Origin: the human T2T-CHM13v2.0 reference genome, Homo sapiens
NCBI RefSeq assembly: GCF_009914755.1
Contig: NC_060947.1
Strand: one strand, 5' to 3'
Length of the DNA: 64,000 nt
Of this stretch, positions 1 to 23,289 are shown piece after piece. Numbering within the stretch: the first letter of the stretch is position 1; each line of letters opens with the position of its first letter. The notes below the pieces were generated by a model, which saw nothing but the letters and a program-made list of their open reading frames with translations, ran no database searches and had not been told where the DNA came from. Both the position numbers and the translations under genes were made by a program.

Positions 1-194
1 CAGTACCCTCATCTTGGATGCCTCTGCATAGGAGGCTCCCTGAACCATCTCTTCCCTATCTCAGGGGGTACCCTGGGCATCCTCAGTCCTGGAACCCACT
101 GTGCCCTGTGTGTCCCCTGGGCTCCCCCGTGCAGGAGGAGGTGGGACACAGTGAGTAGGTCCAGTTGCCAAGTATATCCATCTGTCCCCCACAG

Positions 195-305
195 GGCCTG
201 GGGGTGCGAGCCTTAAACTTGCTCTTTGGAGCTCTGGCCATCTTCCACCTGGCCTACCTGGGCTCCCTGTTTGATGTCGATGTGGATGACACCACAGAGG
301 AGCAG
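195..305 (+). CDS. PORCN: PORCN (porcupine Wnt O-palmitoleoyltransferase, MBOAT family), penultimate coding exon
   Basis: ccccacag acceptor, 111 nt phase 0-0, [37 protein letters not shown], gtgag donor; recognised as the PORCN C-terminal region. Confidence 0.95.
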
Positions 306-492
306 GTGAGGTGGGGCCCTGGGCTGTGTGGTTAACCAAGGGTGGCGCTATCTGGCGGGGGGAAACCATGAGGACAAAGGCTGGGAAGCTGAGGCCTGAG
401 CTCCTCAGACTGTGCTGCTTCGCCTGGGCAGCCAGTGCTCCTCGGTCCTTTCCCATAGTCCCTCTGCTTGAGTCACACTGTTAGGTCTTTTA

Positions 493-3027
<2,535 letters not shown>

Positions 3028-3356
3028 TGAGGAAGATTATTAATGAGGCTGAGCATCTTTTCATATGTTTAAGAGCCATTTGTTTTTCCTTTACTGGAAT
3101 GACCTATTCACCTTCTCTGGCAATTTTTCTTTCCAAAAAATTAATTTTTAGGAGCTCTTTATATATTAGGGAGATAACAGGTCAGAGAATGGGATCACTT
3201 TGTTTTTAAAATGATTTTTAAAGAAGAAGACAAAAACTATATCTGGTCACCTTTCATATGTACCTAGGCCCTTCTGCGGGGCCTCGCCTAGAGCAGTCAC
3301 AGAAATGTCCTTGGGCAAAGGATGGGTTTTCCTAAGAACTTCTTTGTCCTTGCTAA

Positions 3357-3488
<132 letters not shown>

Positions 3489-3609
3489 GGCACATCTGTG
3501 GACCCTCATAACCCTCTTAAGACCCCTCTCAGGGTGCCACTGATGGGGGATGAGGGAAGGCCCTCTCTCTACTCCTTGACCCCCTCCATCCTTGACCCCC
3601 AACACCTCA

Positions 3610-3633
3610 ACACACACACACACACACACACAC
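3610..3633. repeat. (AC)12 microsatellite in the PORCN 3'UTR
   Basis: Read directly from the sequence. Confidence 0.95.
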
Positions 3634-3798
3634 AAAATCACACCATTTTCATGCCTGTCAATCCCCACCCCACCACAAGGCAGGAAGGGGGTGGTGCCTG
3701 CTGGGGCCTAGAGGGGGATGCTTGGGGAAACAGAGAAGGGGAGATCCAGGGCCTCCCCGCCTTCCTTCTTCCTTTTTATATACAATTTGTTATTGTCA

Positions 3799-3804
3799 AA
3801 TAAA
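3799..3804 (+). terminator. PORCN: PORCN polyadenylation signal AATAAA
   Basis: First AATAAA after the stop codon (~310 nt downstream), with U-rich upstream sequence. Confidence 0.85.
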
Positions 3805-4499
3805 AGTAGGAAATATTCAATAGGCTTCTTCTTCACTGCTCAGAGGGGAATAGGAATGAGTGAGGAAGGGAGCACAGCATGGATAAAGGTTTGGAAGCTG
3901 GAAACCATGAAGAGAGAGCAGACTGTGATTGGTTCATGGTTAGTTTATGATTGATTAGATGATGAGCCTGAAGATGGCAGGATCCTGGTCCTGCTTGGTT
4001 TGATCAGGGCAGGGACAGATTGCATAGTTGGATGTGGGGGAGGCCTGATTGGCTGGAAAACTGAAGGATCCCCATTCTGATTGGTTGCTCTGAGTGGGAC
4101 ACAGAGGAGAGAAAGCAAGAGAGATGAAGGGTTGGTGCCTATTTATCCTTAGGACTGAGGGTTGTGGGTTCTAATTGGATGGGAGGTCTGGGATGGGTCT
4201 GGATTCTGATTGATTGCTCCATCTGGGGGCCCACTGGTGGTTAGGCGTTTGATTGGCTTTTTAGAACTGGCATATGGAGATTGAGGGTCTTCATGCCAAT
4301 TGGTCAGTAGGACTGAGAGGCCTGGGTTCTAACTAGTTCTTCTGACTTGAGGTCGGGAGAAGAGAGAATGACCGCTGCTATTAGGACTGAGGAGTTCTGA
4401 GCACTGAAGAGCTGGGGAGGGGGTGGTTGCAGTGTATAGCGTGTGATCTGCTTGTAACAGTTTCGTTGCATTATACTAAGGGTTACTCTACCTAGAAAA

Positions 4500-5330
4500 G
4501 GGCGGAGGTGAAAGGATGCAACGCAACGCTAATTTCACCAGCGGAAGAAGCGGGTACAGACCTTAATGAGTCCCCGTTTTGATCGACTGATAAGGGAATG
4601 GGGAAATTGAAGCCAGGACTCGATGCAGATTGGCTACGGATCCAAAACGCCCACTAACCTTGGCGCGTCCCAGTCTCCACCCCAAACCTAACTCAGGTGA
4701 AAATGGCGCCACGCGCGGGGGCGGGGCTAGAGGTACAAAGAGAGTGTCTATTGGTTGGGAGCGGCACGGGCCGCCTTCTTCGCTTCACCATTGGCTCGCT
4801 CCGTAAGGCAAGAGAACCCACTAGGGGATGAGCCCGAACTAGGGATGTGACAGAGCGCGAGACCCAGCCTAAAGAGAGCCCGGAGCCAGCGTGGGAGGCC
4901 GCTGCCGTCGCGCGCCTTGGTGAGTGCCCTCCACCCGGCCCCTGCTCCCTCCCCCAGCTCTCCCCGGCTACGCGGCCAGCCCTCGGCGTGCCAGCGCGAG
5001 ACCCTTTGCCACCCGCCCCCCCCACCGCCCTTTTGCGCCTGCGCGAGACCCCCAGCTACCGCACGGTTGTCCAGAGGACAGAAGATCCGTCTTCTCATTG
5101 GGCAGCGGGACTGGAGGGTTCTGGTTCGGATTGACCGGCTTTGTGTTCCGTTCTAGCGCTGCACGCCAGACACCGGCCTTTCAATATCCGTCTCTTCCCT
5201 GCAGGTTGACGGCGTTGCACGCTCTCGCGGGGAGGCTCTGGCTTTCCAAACGCTGGCACCGAGGGTTGTAGTTCTGATTCGTTTTCTTTCCTCTGTCCCC
5301 CAGTTGCAGTTTTCAGGACTACGTGGGGGA
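4500..5330 (+). promoter_or_regulatory. EBP: EBP CpG-island promoter with YY1-like motif (AAAATGGCG, 4700), GC box (~4717-4727) and inverted CCAAT boxes (4629, 4750, 4790)
   Basis: High CpG density and motif matches around non-coding exon 1. Confidence 0.85.
4820..4919 (+). other. EBP: EBP non-coding exon 1 (start approximate)
   Basis: Strong donor TTG|gtgagt at 4920 inside the CpG island. Confidence 0.75.
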
Positions 5331-5582
5331 GGGAATAGCTTTTTGTTGAACGGTTTAAGACGCTGACCTGTGCAACTGGACCACGCCTGGTTCCTGTGTC
5401 TCTTACCAAACCGTGACCCCGGAGCACAGGACTGGGTTTGGTGGTCGTGAGCAGTTTGTGACCCTTGAAGGAAGACACCAGGCCTGGTCCTGTATCTCCC
5501 TCGCCAGACTGTGACCAGGGAGGGCTGGGATCAGGTGTTGTTCCCATGTGCCTCCCACCAGACTTTGACCCCCGAGGGCTGA

Positions 5583-5903
<321 letters not shown>

Positions 5904-6378
5904 TGAACTCCTGAGCTCAAGTGGTCCACTCGTCTTGGCCTCCCAAAGTGCTGGGATTACAGGCGTGAGCCACCGCGCCCGGCCTTCTTTTTTAGAGGCA
6001 GAGTCTCAGACTGGAGGGCAGTGATGTGGTCACTGCTCACTTCAGCCTTGAAGTCCTGGGCTCAAAGCGATCCTCCTGCCTCAGCCTACCTACTAGCTGG
6101 GACTACAGGCCTTTGTCACCACACCTGACTGATTTTCTTATTTTTTTAGAGACAGTTTCGCTGTGTTGCCCAGGCCGGACTTGAATTCCTGGCCTCAGGT
6201 GCTGCTCCTGCATCAGCCTCCCAAAGCACTGGAATTACCTGCCACGGTGCCTGGCCTTTAGTCATGGTCTTAAAACAGAATGTAGGCCGGGCGCAGTGGC
6301 TCACGCCTGTAATCCCAGCACTTTGGGAGGCTGAGGCGGGCGGATCGTGAGGTCAGGAGATCAAGACCATCCTGGCTA

Positions 6379-7093
<715 letters not shown>

Positions 7094-7201
7094 TGATTTC
7101 TTTCATATGCTGTGGGATGGGATTTGCTGGGCAGGGATCGGCTTGCATGTTTACCTATCCACCTATTCTTCTTCCATTGATTTATTTTAAATTTTTATTT
7201 A

Positions 7202-8094
<893 letters not shown>

Positions 8095-10002
8095 TAAGTT
8101 TCCCCAAACGCTGTTAGGCACTGTTGATAGTTGTTTATGTTTCTTTTCAGTTTATTTACACACGTAAGTCTCAATTTGCTCAATTGTAAAAGGAGGATAA
8201 TAGTAATAACCAACTATATGTAAGATACTTAGAACAGTGTTTGGCAAACAGTGGTTGCCATGTAACTGTTCACTATTATTATCATTATTTGCACTTTTCC
8301 CTTTTTACACAAATGGTAATATGCTATATATACTTCTAATCTTTTCTCTTTTTCTTTCTTTCCTTACAAGAAAACCAAAGAAGCCATTTTCTTTTTTGAG
8401 ACGGGGTCTCGCTCTGTCACCCAGGCTAGAGTGCAGTGGCATGATTATAGCTCACTGCAACCTTGAACTCCTGGGCAATCAAGCAATCCTCCTGCCTCAG
8501 CCTCCCTAGTAGCTGGGATTATAGGCATGTGCCACCCCACCAAGTTATTTTTTTTTTAACAACTTTTTTTTTTAAGAGATGGCGTCTTGCTTTGTTGCCC
8601 AGGCTGTTCTCCAACTCCTGGCTTCAAGTGATCTGCCCACCTCAGCCTCCCAAAGTGCTAGGATTACAAGCATGAGCCACCGCACCCAGCTGCTTTTTTT
8701 AATGAGGTCACTCCTCATGATTTCATAAAGAGCTTTCAAAGCATGGACATTGTACAGTTGCTTGACTTGTGTAGTATTGATGGGCATTTTCCCTCAATCT
8801 TCTGCCATTATAAACAAGGCCGGGCAGAGTGGCTCATGCCTGTAATCCCAGCACTTTGTGAGGCGAAGGCGGGCAGATCACCTGAGGTCAGGAGTTTGAG
8901 ACCAGTCTGGCCAACATAGTGAAACCCCGTCTCTACTAAAAGTCTAAAAATTAGCTGGGCGTGGTGGCAGGTGCCTGTAATCCCAGCTACTCAGGAGGCT
9001 GAGGCAGGAGAATCTCTGGGACCTGGGAGGCGGAGGTTGTGGTGAGCTGAGATTGCGCCACTGCACACTCCAGCCTGAGCGATAAGAGCAAGGCTCCGTC
9101 TCAAAAAAAAAAAAAAAAAAAAAAAAACATTACAGGCATGAGCCATTGTGCCCGGCTGGTCAGATGTTTCTTAAATTTTAGTCATTCCAGTAGATGTGAG
9201 TGATATCTCATTATGGTTTTAATTTGCTTTTCCTTAGTGACTAATGGAAGTTTGAACATCTTTCATATACTTATTGGCCATTTAGAAATCCTCTTTGTGA
9301 AGAACCTATTCAAGTCTTCTGCCTATTTTATATTGGATGATCTTTTTCTTTCTTTCTTTTTTTTTTTTTTTTTTGAGACAGGGTCTTACCCTGTTGTCCA
9401 GGCTGAGCACTGTGGTGCTATCATAGCTCACTGCAGCCTCAACCTCCTGGGCTCAAGACATCCTCCCACTGCAGCCTGGGACTGTAGGCACGTGCCACCA
9501 CGTCCAGCTAATTTTTGTATGTTTTATAGAGTTGGGGGTCTCACTATATTGTTCAGACTGGTCTTGAACTCCTTTATGCAAGCCATCATCCCACCTCAGC
9601 CTCCCAAAGTGTTGGGATTACAGGCATGAGCCATCGTGCCCGGCGGTCTTTTTCTTTCTGATTCTCTGCTCACTCTTGTATTCACTCATCTGTTCACCTA
9701 CATTCTCTCTCTCTCATTGGCTACTTCACTCACTCCATCATCTACACCTGCTTCCTTTTATACCACACACACTTCTTGAGTACCAATCACAGCCACACTG
9801 TTTTGTGTCAGGCTTTACACATATTACCTTGTTTTAGAGAAATAAACCACTAGAATCCAAACAGTTACCCCATTTCACGGATGAGGAAGCAGACGCATGG
9901 GAAGGTTATGAAGTCTGTCTTCTTGCAGGGACCCCCAGCTCTCACAAGTGTGTGTTCCTTTCACTGCCTTTATTCTTCATATCTCTCTCTTCTTTTCTTC
10001 AG

Positions 10003-10039
10003 GGAAAGAGTATGCCAAGGGAGACAGCCGATACATCCT
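10003..10039 (+). CDS. EBP: EBP exon 3 (37 nt)
   Basis: Long pyrimidine tract plus ag; encodes (W)KEYAKGDSRYI(L), the conserved EBP motif; gtaag donor. Confidence 0.97.
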
Positions 10040-10043
10040 GTAA

Positions 10044-10409
<366 letters not shown>

Positions 10410-10550
10410 TAAGTCAGACTGAATGACAAACCCCCTGAGGCTCTGGAAAGGTCATGCCCTTCTCTGAGCCTGCACTCTCAGGTGGGGAGGGTTCATTTTT
10501 CTTCCTCCTCCTCCTTCTCCATCACAAAGTCTCCTGTGAAGGTTACATGA

Positions 10551-10937
<387 letters not shown>

Positions 10938-11156
10938 TAAATTGTTAGCTTTCTTTAGTTCTAGCGATATGAGTTATCTTTAGTCCCAGAATCCTAAGCT
11001 GTCTTGGATTTGAGGATTTTGAACTTCCTTAAATCTGAAGGTGTGAGCTCTCCTGAGTTCTGAAATTCTCAGCTCTCTGGTGTCTGGAATCTCACTTTTC
11101 TGATTTCTCAGATTTTCAGCTCTGTGATTTCAGAATACTTAGCTCTGAGACCTTGA

Positions 11157-11471
<315 letters not shown>

Positions 11472-11611
11472 GGAGTGGTGGACCAGGCTCGAACACTGGC
11501 CGAGGAGGAGCTCTCTGCCTGCCAGAAGAGTCTAGTCCTGCTCCCACAGTTTGGAGGGACAAAGCTAATTGATCTGTCACACTCAGGCTCATGGGCAGGC
11601 ACAAGAAGGGG

Positions 11612-11715
11612 AATAAAGGGGCTGTGTGAAGGCACTGCTGGGAGCCATTAGAACACAGATACAAGAGAAGCCAGGAGGTCTATGATGGTGACGATTTTTA
11701 AAATCAGGAAATAAA
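11612..11715 (+). terminator. EBP: Two EBP polyadenylation signals (AATAAA at 11612 and 11710)
   Basis: Direct motif matches in the 3'UTR. Confidence 0.8.
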
Positions 11716-11926
11716 AGATCTTGACTCTAACACTGAGAGATCCTTAATTACTAACCCCAGAGATGCGCTATGACTGACCCCACAGATCCCACCATCATTC
11801 ACTTATTCCAGACCCCCATCAGCATCTAAAGACCTCCCACCTCTGACCTCACAAACCCCTATCACTGACCCCCCGCCAGACCCCATAACTCACTACACAG
11901 ACCCTATCACTGGCCCCACAGTCCCC

Positions 11927-16053
<4,127 letters not shown>

Positions 16054-16837
16054 ACCGCTCTGTGCTCACCCCACTCACTCCCTAATACTTAGCCTCACAG
16101 ATCTTCCATCATTCACCCCACAAACCCCCATCACATGCCCTGATTACTCAGCCCACAGATTCCCCTGCATTGCTGCCACATGGACCCCCCCAACACCCAC
16201 CCTATAGACTTCCCATCACAAACCCTAAAGATCCCCCATCACTCACCCCACAGGCCCTATCGTGAACCCTACATATTCACGTCATTCACCTCACAGAGCC
16301 ACATTACTCATCCAACAGACTCCACCCCTGGATCATTCAGCTTATTGGCCCCTAATCACTTCACTCACTCTACAGACTCACTCATCACTGACTCTACAGA
16401 GCTCTAATCACTCATCCCATTGACACCCCATTACTAACCCCACAGGTGCCTCCCACTCATCTCACAGGCCCTCCATCTCTCACACCACAAAGCCCTCTCA
16501 CCTTATGAGCTAGCACATCAGCACCCCTACAGACCCCCAGTCATTCCCCCACCCCACAGATGCCCCCGTCACCCCATAGATCCTCATCAGCCATCTACAG
16601 ATCCCCCATTCCTCAAAGTCCTCCTTCACTCCCCCTACAGACTTGCCCCACAGCCCCCATCATTAATCCCACAGAATCCTGCCACTCGCCACTCAATACC
16701 CCATTCACTCCACAGGCTCCTCATGACCCTACAGACCCCGTCACTACCCCACAGATCCCTATTACTCAGTTTATTATCCCCTGATCATACCTTCCAGAGA
16801 GGCCCCATCGCTAACCCCACAGACCCTAATCCTCCCC

Positions 16838-17243
16838 TGTGTTAGTCGGCTCTGGCTTCCGTAACAAAATGCCACAGACCAGGTGGCTTAAACAACAAAC
16901 AGTTTCTCACACTTCGGGAGGTTGGACAGTCCAAGTGCAAGGTGCCATCAGGGTTGGTGTCTGGTGGGGTTTCTCTCCTTGGCTTGCAGATGGCTACCTT
17001 CTTGCTGTGTCCTCACGTGGCCCTTTCTCTGTGCACTCATGCCCAGTGTCCCTCTTCTTATAAGGATACCAGTTCTACTGAATTAGGGCCCCACCCTTAT
17101 AATCTCATTTAACCTTAATTACCTCCTTAAAGGCTCTATTTCAGATATAGTGACATTATGTTGAAATATTGGGGGCTGGTTCCCCTGATATTAGGGCTTC
17201 AACATATGAATTTGGGGAGGAGGACATCATTCAGTTCATGACA
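16838..17243 (-). mobile_element. MLT1A-like solo LTR (MaLR)
   Basis: TG...CA ends; ctcccc direct repeat on both flanks (16832-16837 and 17244-17249). Confidence 0.8.
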
Positions 17244-18229
17244 CTCCCCATCACTCACCCCACAGATGCCACAGCTCTCACCTCACAGAGCCCCCAACAC
17301 TCCTACCACATATATTCCATCACTCAGCCTCTTGGCTTCTGATAAGCCACCCCACAGATCCCCCATCACTCTTCCCACATACCCCATCAACTCCTAAGAT
17401 ACCCATCACTCTCCCTACCAACACACATTCATTCGTTTCACAGATTGCCCATTATTGACCCCACAGAAACCCCGTAACTCACCACACAGACCTCAACCCC
17501 ATCACTCACCCCCACAGGCCCCTATCACCCCCAAAATCTTCACTCTGAAGATCCCATAACTCACCCCAGAAGCCCCTCATCAGTCACCCTAACAACCCCT
17601 ATCACTGACACCACAGACCCACCACTCATCCTACAGATGCCCCTTTACTAACCCTATAAGCATCCCATAACTCACCTTGCAGAAGCCATCACTCAACCCA
17701 CAGAGTCCATCTCTCATCCCACAGACCCCTTATCACTCACACCACCATCCCATCTCTCAACTCACGGTCCTCCACAATCCACCATATACACCCCATCACT
17801 CACCCACAGATGCCATCATTCACCCCTCAGACCCCCATGACTTACCTCATAGTGCACCTATCATGTACCCACAGACTCCCATCCACCCCAGGGATCCTCC
17901 GTCACTCTCCACAGACCTGCTATTATTCACCCAACAGACACCCCTCACTTACTCTACAGACCCCCATCACTCATCCTGCCGTCTATCATTACCTTATAGA
18001 CCCTCCATCATAAAACAACTGGGTACTTGAGAAGTTTTGAAGAGATGGAAAAGAATAAATAATAAAACCACAGATACCTGTAGACTGGCTTCAAGTGACC
18101 TCTGTAAGGCCGGGCACAGTGGCTCACTCCTGTAATCCCAACACTTTGGGAGGCTGAGGCGGGCAGATCACCTGAGGGTTGGGAGTTCAAGACCAGCCTG
18201 GCCAACATGGTGAAACCCCTTCTGCACTA

Positions 18230-18391
<162 letters not shown>

Positions 18392-18731
18392 TCAAAAAAA
18401 GAAATATCAAGTGACCTGTGGACTTCAGTTCAAATCCTGGCTCTGCTTAGGCCTACAGTATATAGCTTTGGAGAAATGCCTCACTGTTAAGGTCAAAGCC
18501 CTGCATGATCTCACTCTATTCTCACCTCGTCTGCTGTCACTCACCTATCATTCACTCTACTTAAAGGCATGCTGACTTCCTTGCTTTTCCTCAAACACAA
18601 CAGGCATAGCCCCAAGTTCCATCCATTGCACTGCCTACTCTCTGTGACACTACCCCCTTTGACCTTGAGCTTGTTTCTCCCTGGCTTTCAGTACTCTAAT
18701 CTGTAGAATGCTTAGAGTAATAACACCTACC

Positions 18732-19429
18732 TGCTATGGTTCGAATGTTTCTCCCCTCCAAAACTCATGTTGAAACTAAATCTCTTTTTTAACAGAATTA
18801 AGGAGGTGGGAAATCTGACTACGGTATTTGAGAGATGGGACCTTGAGCGGTAATTAGGATTAGATTAGATGAGGTCATAAGGGTGGGGCATTAGTGGTTT
18901 TCTAAGAGGAGAAACAGATCTGAGCTAGCAAGGTCAGCACCCTTACCATGTGATGCCCTGCTCTGCCTCGCCACTCCACAGAGAGGCCCCACCAGCAGAA
19001 GGCCCTCACCAGATGTGACTCCTTGACCATGGACTTCCCAGCCTCCAGAACTGTAAGAAATAAATTTCTTTTCTTTCTTTTTTTTTTTTGGTGGGGGGGG
19101 GGTGTTGTTGTTGTTGTTGTTTTTAGAGACAGGGTCTCACTCTGTCACCCAGACTAGAGTGTAGTGGCATGATCACAGCTCACTGCAGCCTCAAACTTCT
19201 GAGCATAAGCAATCCTCCTGCCTCAGCCTCCTAAGTAGCTAGTACTACAGGCATACTGCCATGCTCAGCTAATTTTTAAATTTTTTTGTAGAGACAGGGT
19301 CTTGCTATGTTGCTGAGGCTGTTTTGAACTGGCCTCAAAGCAATCCTCCCACCTCAGCCTCTCAAATTTCTTTATAAATTACCCAGTCTTGGGTATTTGA
19401 TTATAGCAACAGAAAAATGGACTAAGATA
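18732..19429 (+). mobile_element. MST-type MaLR solo LTR with an internal Alu, inserted into a MIR-like sequence
   Basis: tgctatggtt...ggactaagata; 5-bp target-site duplication (TSD) ctacc at 18727-18731 and 19430-19434. Confidence 0.8.
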
Positions 19430-20083
19430 CTACCTCATAGGGTTTTTATGCAGATTATAAGAATTAATTTATGTAGACTGCCTAGCATATACTTTATATT
19501 TGTTGAATGGAAGAATGAATAAACAAAAAAGAAAGTTCTCCCCAGGACTATGGCAAGGACCTCCTTTTTGATCTCCTTGCTTCCAGTATCTTTCCATCCA
19601 AAGCTCTCCCCAGGACCAAGACAGAGGCATCTGACCACATCATACCCCTGTCTAAACCTTTGCCCCAGTGTCCTTAGGATCGATTCCAAACTCCAGGCTA
19701 ATGGTTTGCACATCCCACCCTATGATAAATGAAAAGCAGGCTCTTACTCCTTGTTTCCATCAGAAAATCCAGCAGTGCTATAAGTGATTTTGACTCTAAA
19801 CACATGGGGCAAGAGAGACATGCCAATAATCCTTTTCTGGCTTTCAGAGAAAATCCCCATTATTTATACCTTCTAAAAATAGAGATATCTATTTAATGTT
19901 AATACCAAGGCAACATGTTGTCTTAAAAGACACCAAAATAGAATTGCAGACTTACCTAAAAAGTTAACCTTGAGGGTTGCGTCCATATGACACGGACACA
20001 ATAGTTGGAGTGCTAGTATCTTACAAGACTCCTTTGTTGGAAATAACATTTGTTTTTGTTTTTTGTTTACTTTTTTTTTTTGA

Positions 20084-20251
<168 letters not shown>

Positions 20252-22359
20252 TAGAGACGGGGTTTCACCGTGTTAGCCAGGATGGTCTCCATCTCCTGAC
20301 CTCGTAATCCGCCCGCCTCGGCCTCCTAAAGTGCTGGGATTACAGGCGTGAGCCACTGTGCCCGGCCAGAAATAACATTTGTAAGTGCAGCCTGTATTTT
20401 GTCCAAACCGCACGGATGTTGTGCAATTAAGTGGGAAGACTGCCTTTTTGCATTTTGCCACATATAAAGTTTCTCAGAAGAGTCTAAGATATATTCAATA
20501 ATTCAGCCAATATCTAGTAGACATACACCATTTAAGAACAGGACCAACCTTAACATGTTATGAAGATTAGGTAAGACAAAAGCAAAGTTTTGTGGGCTTT
20601 TTTTTTTTTTTAATCAGGTTCTCACTCTGTCACCCAGGCTGGAGTGTAGTGGCGTGATCACAACTCCATTGCAGCCTGGACCTCCCAGGCTCAAGTAATC
20701 CTCCCACCTCAGCCTCCCGAATAGCTAGGAGCACAGGTGCGCACCATCAGACCCAGCTAATTTTTTTTTTTTAATTTTGTAGGGACAGGGTCTTCCTATG
20801 TTGCCCAGGCTGGTCTCAAACTCCCCGGCTCAAGCGATCTTCCCACTTCGGCCTCCCAAAGTGCTGGGATTACAAGTGTGAGCCACTGTGCCTGACTCAG
20901 TTTATTTTTTAAAATTTTTCTTCATTTATTCTTGGCTTCTTCCATTCATTGTTTTGATCACTAACTATGTGCTCAGCACATTGCTGAGCCTTTTGCATGC
21001 TCTGCTGGGCATTCCCCATTTGCTCTTCCGGATCCATTATCCACCCTGCTCTGGGACCCCAAAAAGCTGATCTTTTATAGATGGTATCATTTGGGCCCCA
21101 TTGATTGGTTCGTAGTTGAGCCTGGCCACTTCTCTTTCAACTGGTCCCTGGCAGTCAGTACCAACATTTTAGTCAGGTTTCAAAGAAATCTCTAGACCAA
21201 GCTGGACAGAGGGCTTTTCCAGTGATTCAGTGATTCCCCAAGATCTGAGAATGTGAAACTTGGAAAAGGGACACAAAGACCGGGGATCCTTTGAGCTGGT
21301 TCAATAATGGCAGAGCTTTAGAGATATGCTGCTGAGCTCCCTGGGTCTGTCTCGCTTTCTGCCTTCTGAAGGCTTGATTGTTAACTTCTTCCTGGGTTTC
21401 AATTAGAAGCATTAGTGTCCTTCCTGGAGTTGAATTACCTGGAAATTTGCCTCCTAGATGTGTAAACTTGGGAAAGTATGATCTCGTCAAGTTTCAGACA
21501 AAGGCAAACTAAAAAGCTAGAACTCCAGAGAGCATAATAGTGTTTTTTGGGGGCAAATTATTTAATGAAGTATAACATTCATACAGGAAGTACAAAAATC
21601 ATCAGTGTACAAAATCTCCATGAATTTTCACAATGTGTAAACCATTTTCCTGTTTTATCTGACCTTACTAAGTCAGGGTATAAATTATTAATTTTTTTTG
21701 AAACAGGGCCTTGCTCTGTGGTGCAGGTTAGGGCAGTGGTGTGATCACCGCTCACTGCAGCCTTGACTTCCTGGGCTCAGCCATCCTGCCGCTTCAGCCT
21801 CCCGAGTAGCTGGGACTGCAGGTGTGCGCCACCACGTCCAGCTAATTGTTTAATTTTTTGTTAGAGACGGGGTCTCGCTGTGTTGCCCAGGCTGGTCTAG
21901 AACTCCTGGGCTCAAGCGATCAGCCCGCCTCGGCCTCCCAAAGTGCTGAGATTATAAGGCGTGAGCCACTGCACCCTGCTGAGTATATTTTTAAAAACAC
22001 TTTACCCGAGGGCTGTGGCTCACACCTGTAATCCCAACACTTTGAGAGGCCGAGACGGGTGGATCACTTGAGGTCAGGAGTTCGAGACTAGCCTGGGCAA
22101 CACAGCTAAACCCTGTTTATACAAGATATACAAAAATTGGCTGGGCGTGGTAGCACGCGCCTGTAGTCCCAGCTCTTGGGAGGCTGAGGCAGGAGGATCG
22201 CTTGATCATAGCTCACTTTGAGGCTACAGTGAGCTGTGATCGCGCCATTGCACTCCAACCTGGATGACAGAGCGAGACCCTGCCTAAAAAAATAAAAAAA
22301 AAAAGGATTTTTTTCTGTTCAGTGGATTCATTTGAAGCGAGGGCCACTGGTATTTGAAA

Positions 22360-23150
22360 TAGATGACATCATCTGCCAGCAGAGGCGTGAGGCAACTTGA
22401 GGCGGGGTGTGGGCCTGACGTCATCACGCAGCCTCTTCCTTTCCCCGCCCCCTTCTCTTGGCGAACGAGGCGTCAGTTTAACACCTCCGTGAATCCGGAA
22501 GTATGCTGTCAAAACAACCAAACCACGGGGCTGGGGGAGGCGGGGCCTCAGTAGGCGTCTGCACGCTAGCTGAAATAGAGCAAAATGCCCGACTTTTGGG
22601 GGCGGGGCTCCTGGCAACAGCACTCTAGGCGCAGGCGCAGAGGCGACCTCCAGGCAGGGCCAGGTGGGAGGGACGGTGGGGGGTAGGGTCGCGCGGCGCC
22701 CTCTGCGCCTGCGCCCCGGCACGAGGTGGGGCGGCGGGCGTCAGTACAGTAGAGTGTGCGCCGGGGTGGGGGGCAACGGTCAGCCGTCACCCTGAGACGG
22801 GCGGCGGCGGGATGGCAACAGCCTCCGGGGCCTCGGACTTGTCTGGCTCCGGAGCGCCCCCGCCCGGTGTGGGAGCTCAGGCGGCGGCGGCCGCTGAGGA
22901 GGAGGAGCGAGAGGTGGTGCGGGTCCGAGTCAAGGTGAGGCTGGCGGTGAGTCGGCCCAGCCGCCGAGGCATCCCAGGGGAGGGGGAGGCGGTGGCTGTC
23001 ATAGGATGGAGGGCGGGACCTGAGATTTCGGACATAACCTGAGCGGCGAAGCTTGAGGGCCAAGTGATGATGGCGAGGGGTAGGGAGGGCCTGAGAGCCT
23101 GAGAGCGTTAGCGACGTACCTTGGGGCGTGGGACTGAAAATAGAGGGACG
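22360..23150 (+). promoter_or_regulatory. TBC1D25: TBC1D25 CpG-island promoter: palindromic CRE TGACGTCA (22416-22423), ETS CCGGAAGT (22495-22502), GC boxes, NRF1-like GCGCAGGCGCA
   Basis: CpG-rich region with motif matches upstream of the ATG. Confidence 0.85.
22812..22934 (+). CDS. TBC1D25: TBC1D25 (OATL1, LC3-binding Rab GAP), exon 1
   Basis: MATASGASDLSGSGAPPPGVGAQAAAAAEEEEREVVRVRVK; AAG|gtgagg donor. Confidence 0.95.
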
Positions 23151-23289
23151 AGGCGGGGGTCTATGGGATGAATGGGTGGAGCTTATAGACAAAGGGGAGG
23201 GGCTATGGGGCTGGAGGAGGGGCCGCAGTAGTTGAGGGTGGGGCTCTGAGGAATGAGAAGGTGCTGGCTCTGGAGTCAGTCAACCCATG

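Noticed and set aside
9127-9157. 30-nt antisense Alu remnant fused to the polyA tail of a sense Alu
   Set aside because: It may mark an old deletion, but this cannot be established without orthologous sequence and is common in Alu-dense DNA
16055-18010. Repeat array considered as CRISPR-like
   Set aside because: Units are highly degenerate with no unique constant-length spacers and no cas genes; the context is mammalian
16180-18030. Pro/Thr/His-rich mucin-like ORFs
   Set aside because: They arise from the C-rich minisatellite, are short, switch frames and lack splice or start support
22566-23192. 208-aa antisense ORF over the TBC1D25 promoter (and similar ORFs at 4693-5547 and 57076-57868)
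   Set aside because: GC-rich CpG islands are depleted of stops; the products are Pro/Arg-rich with no recognisable domain
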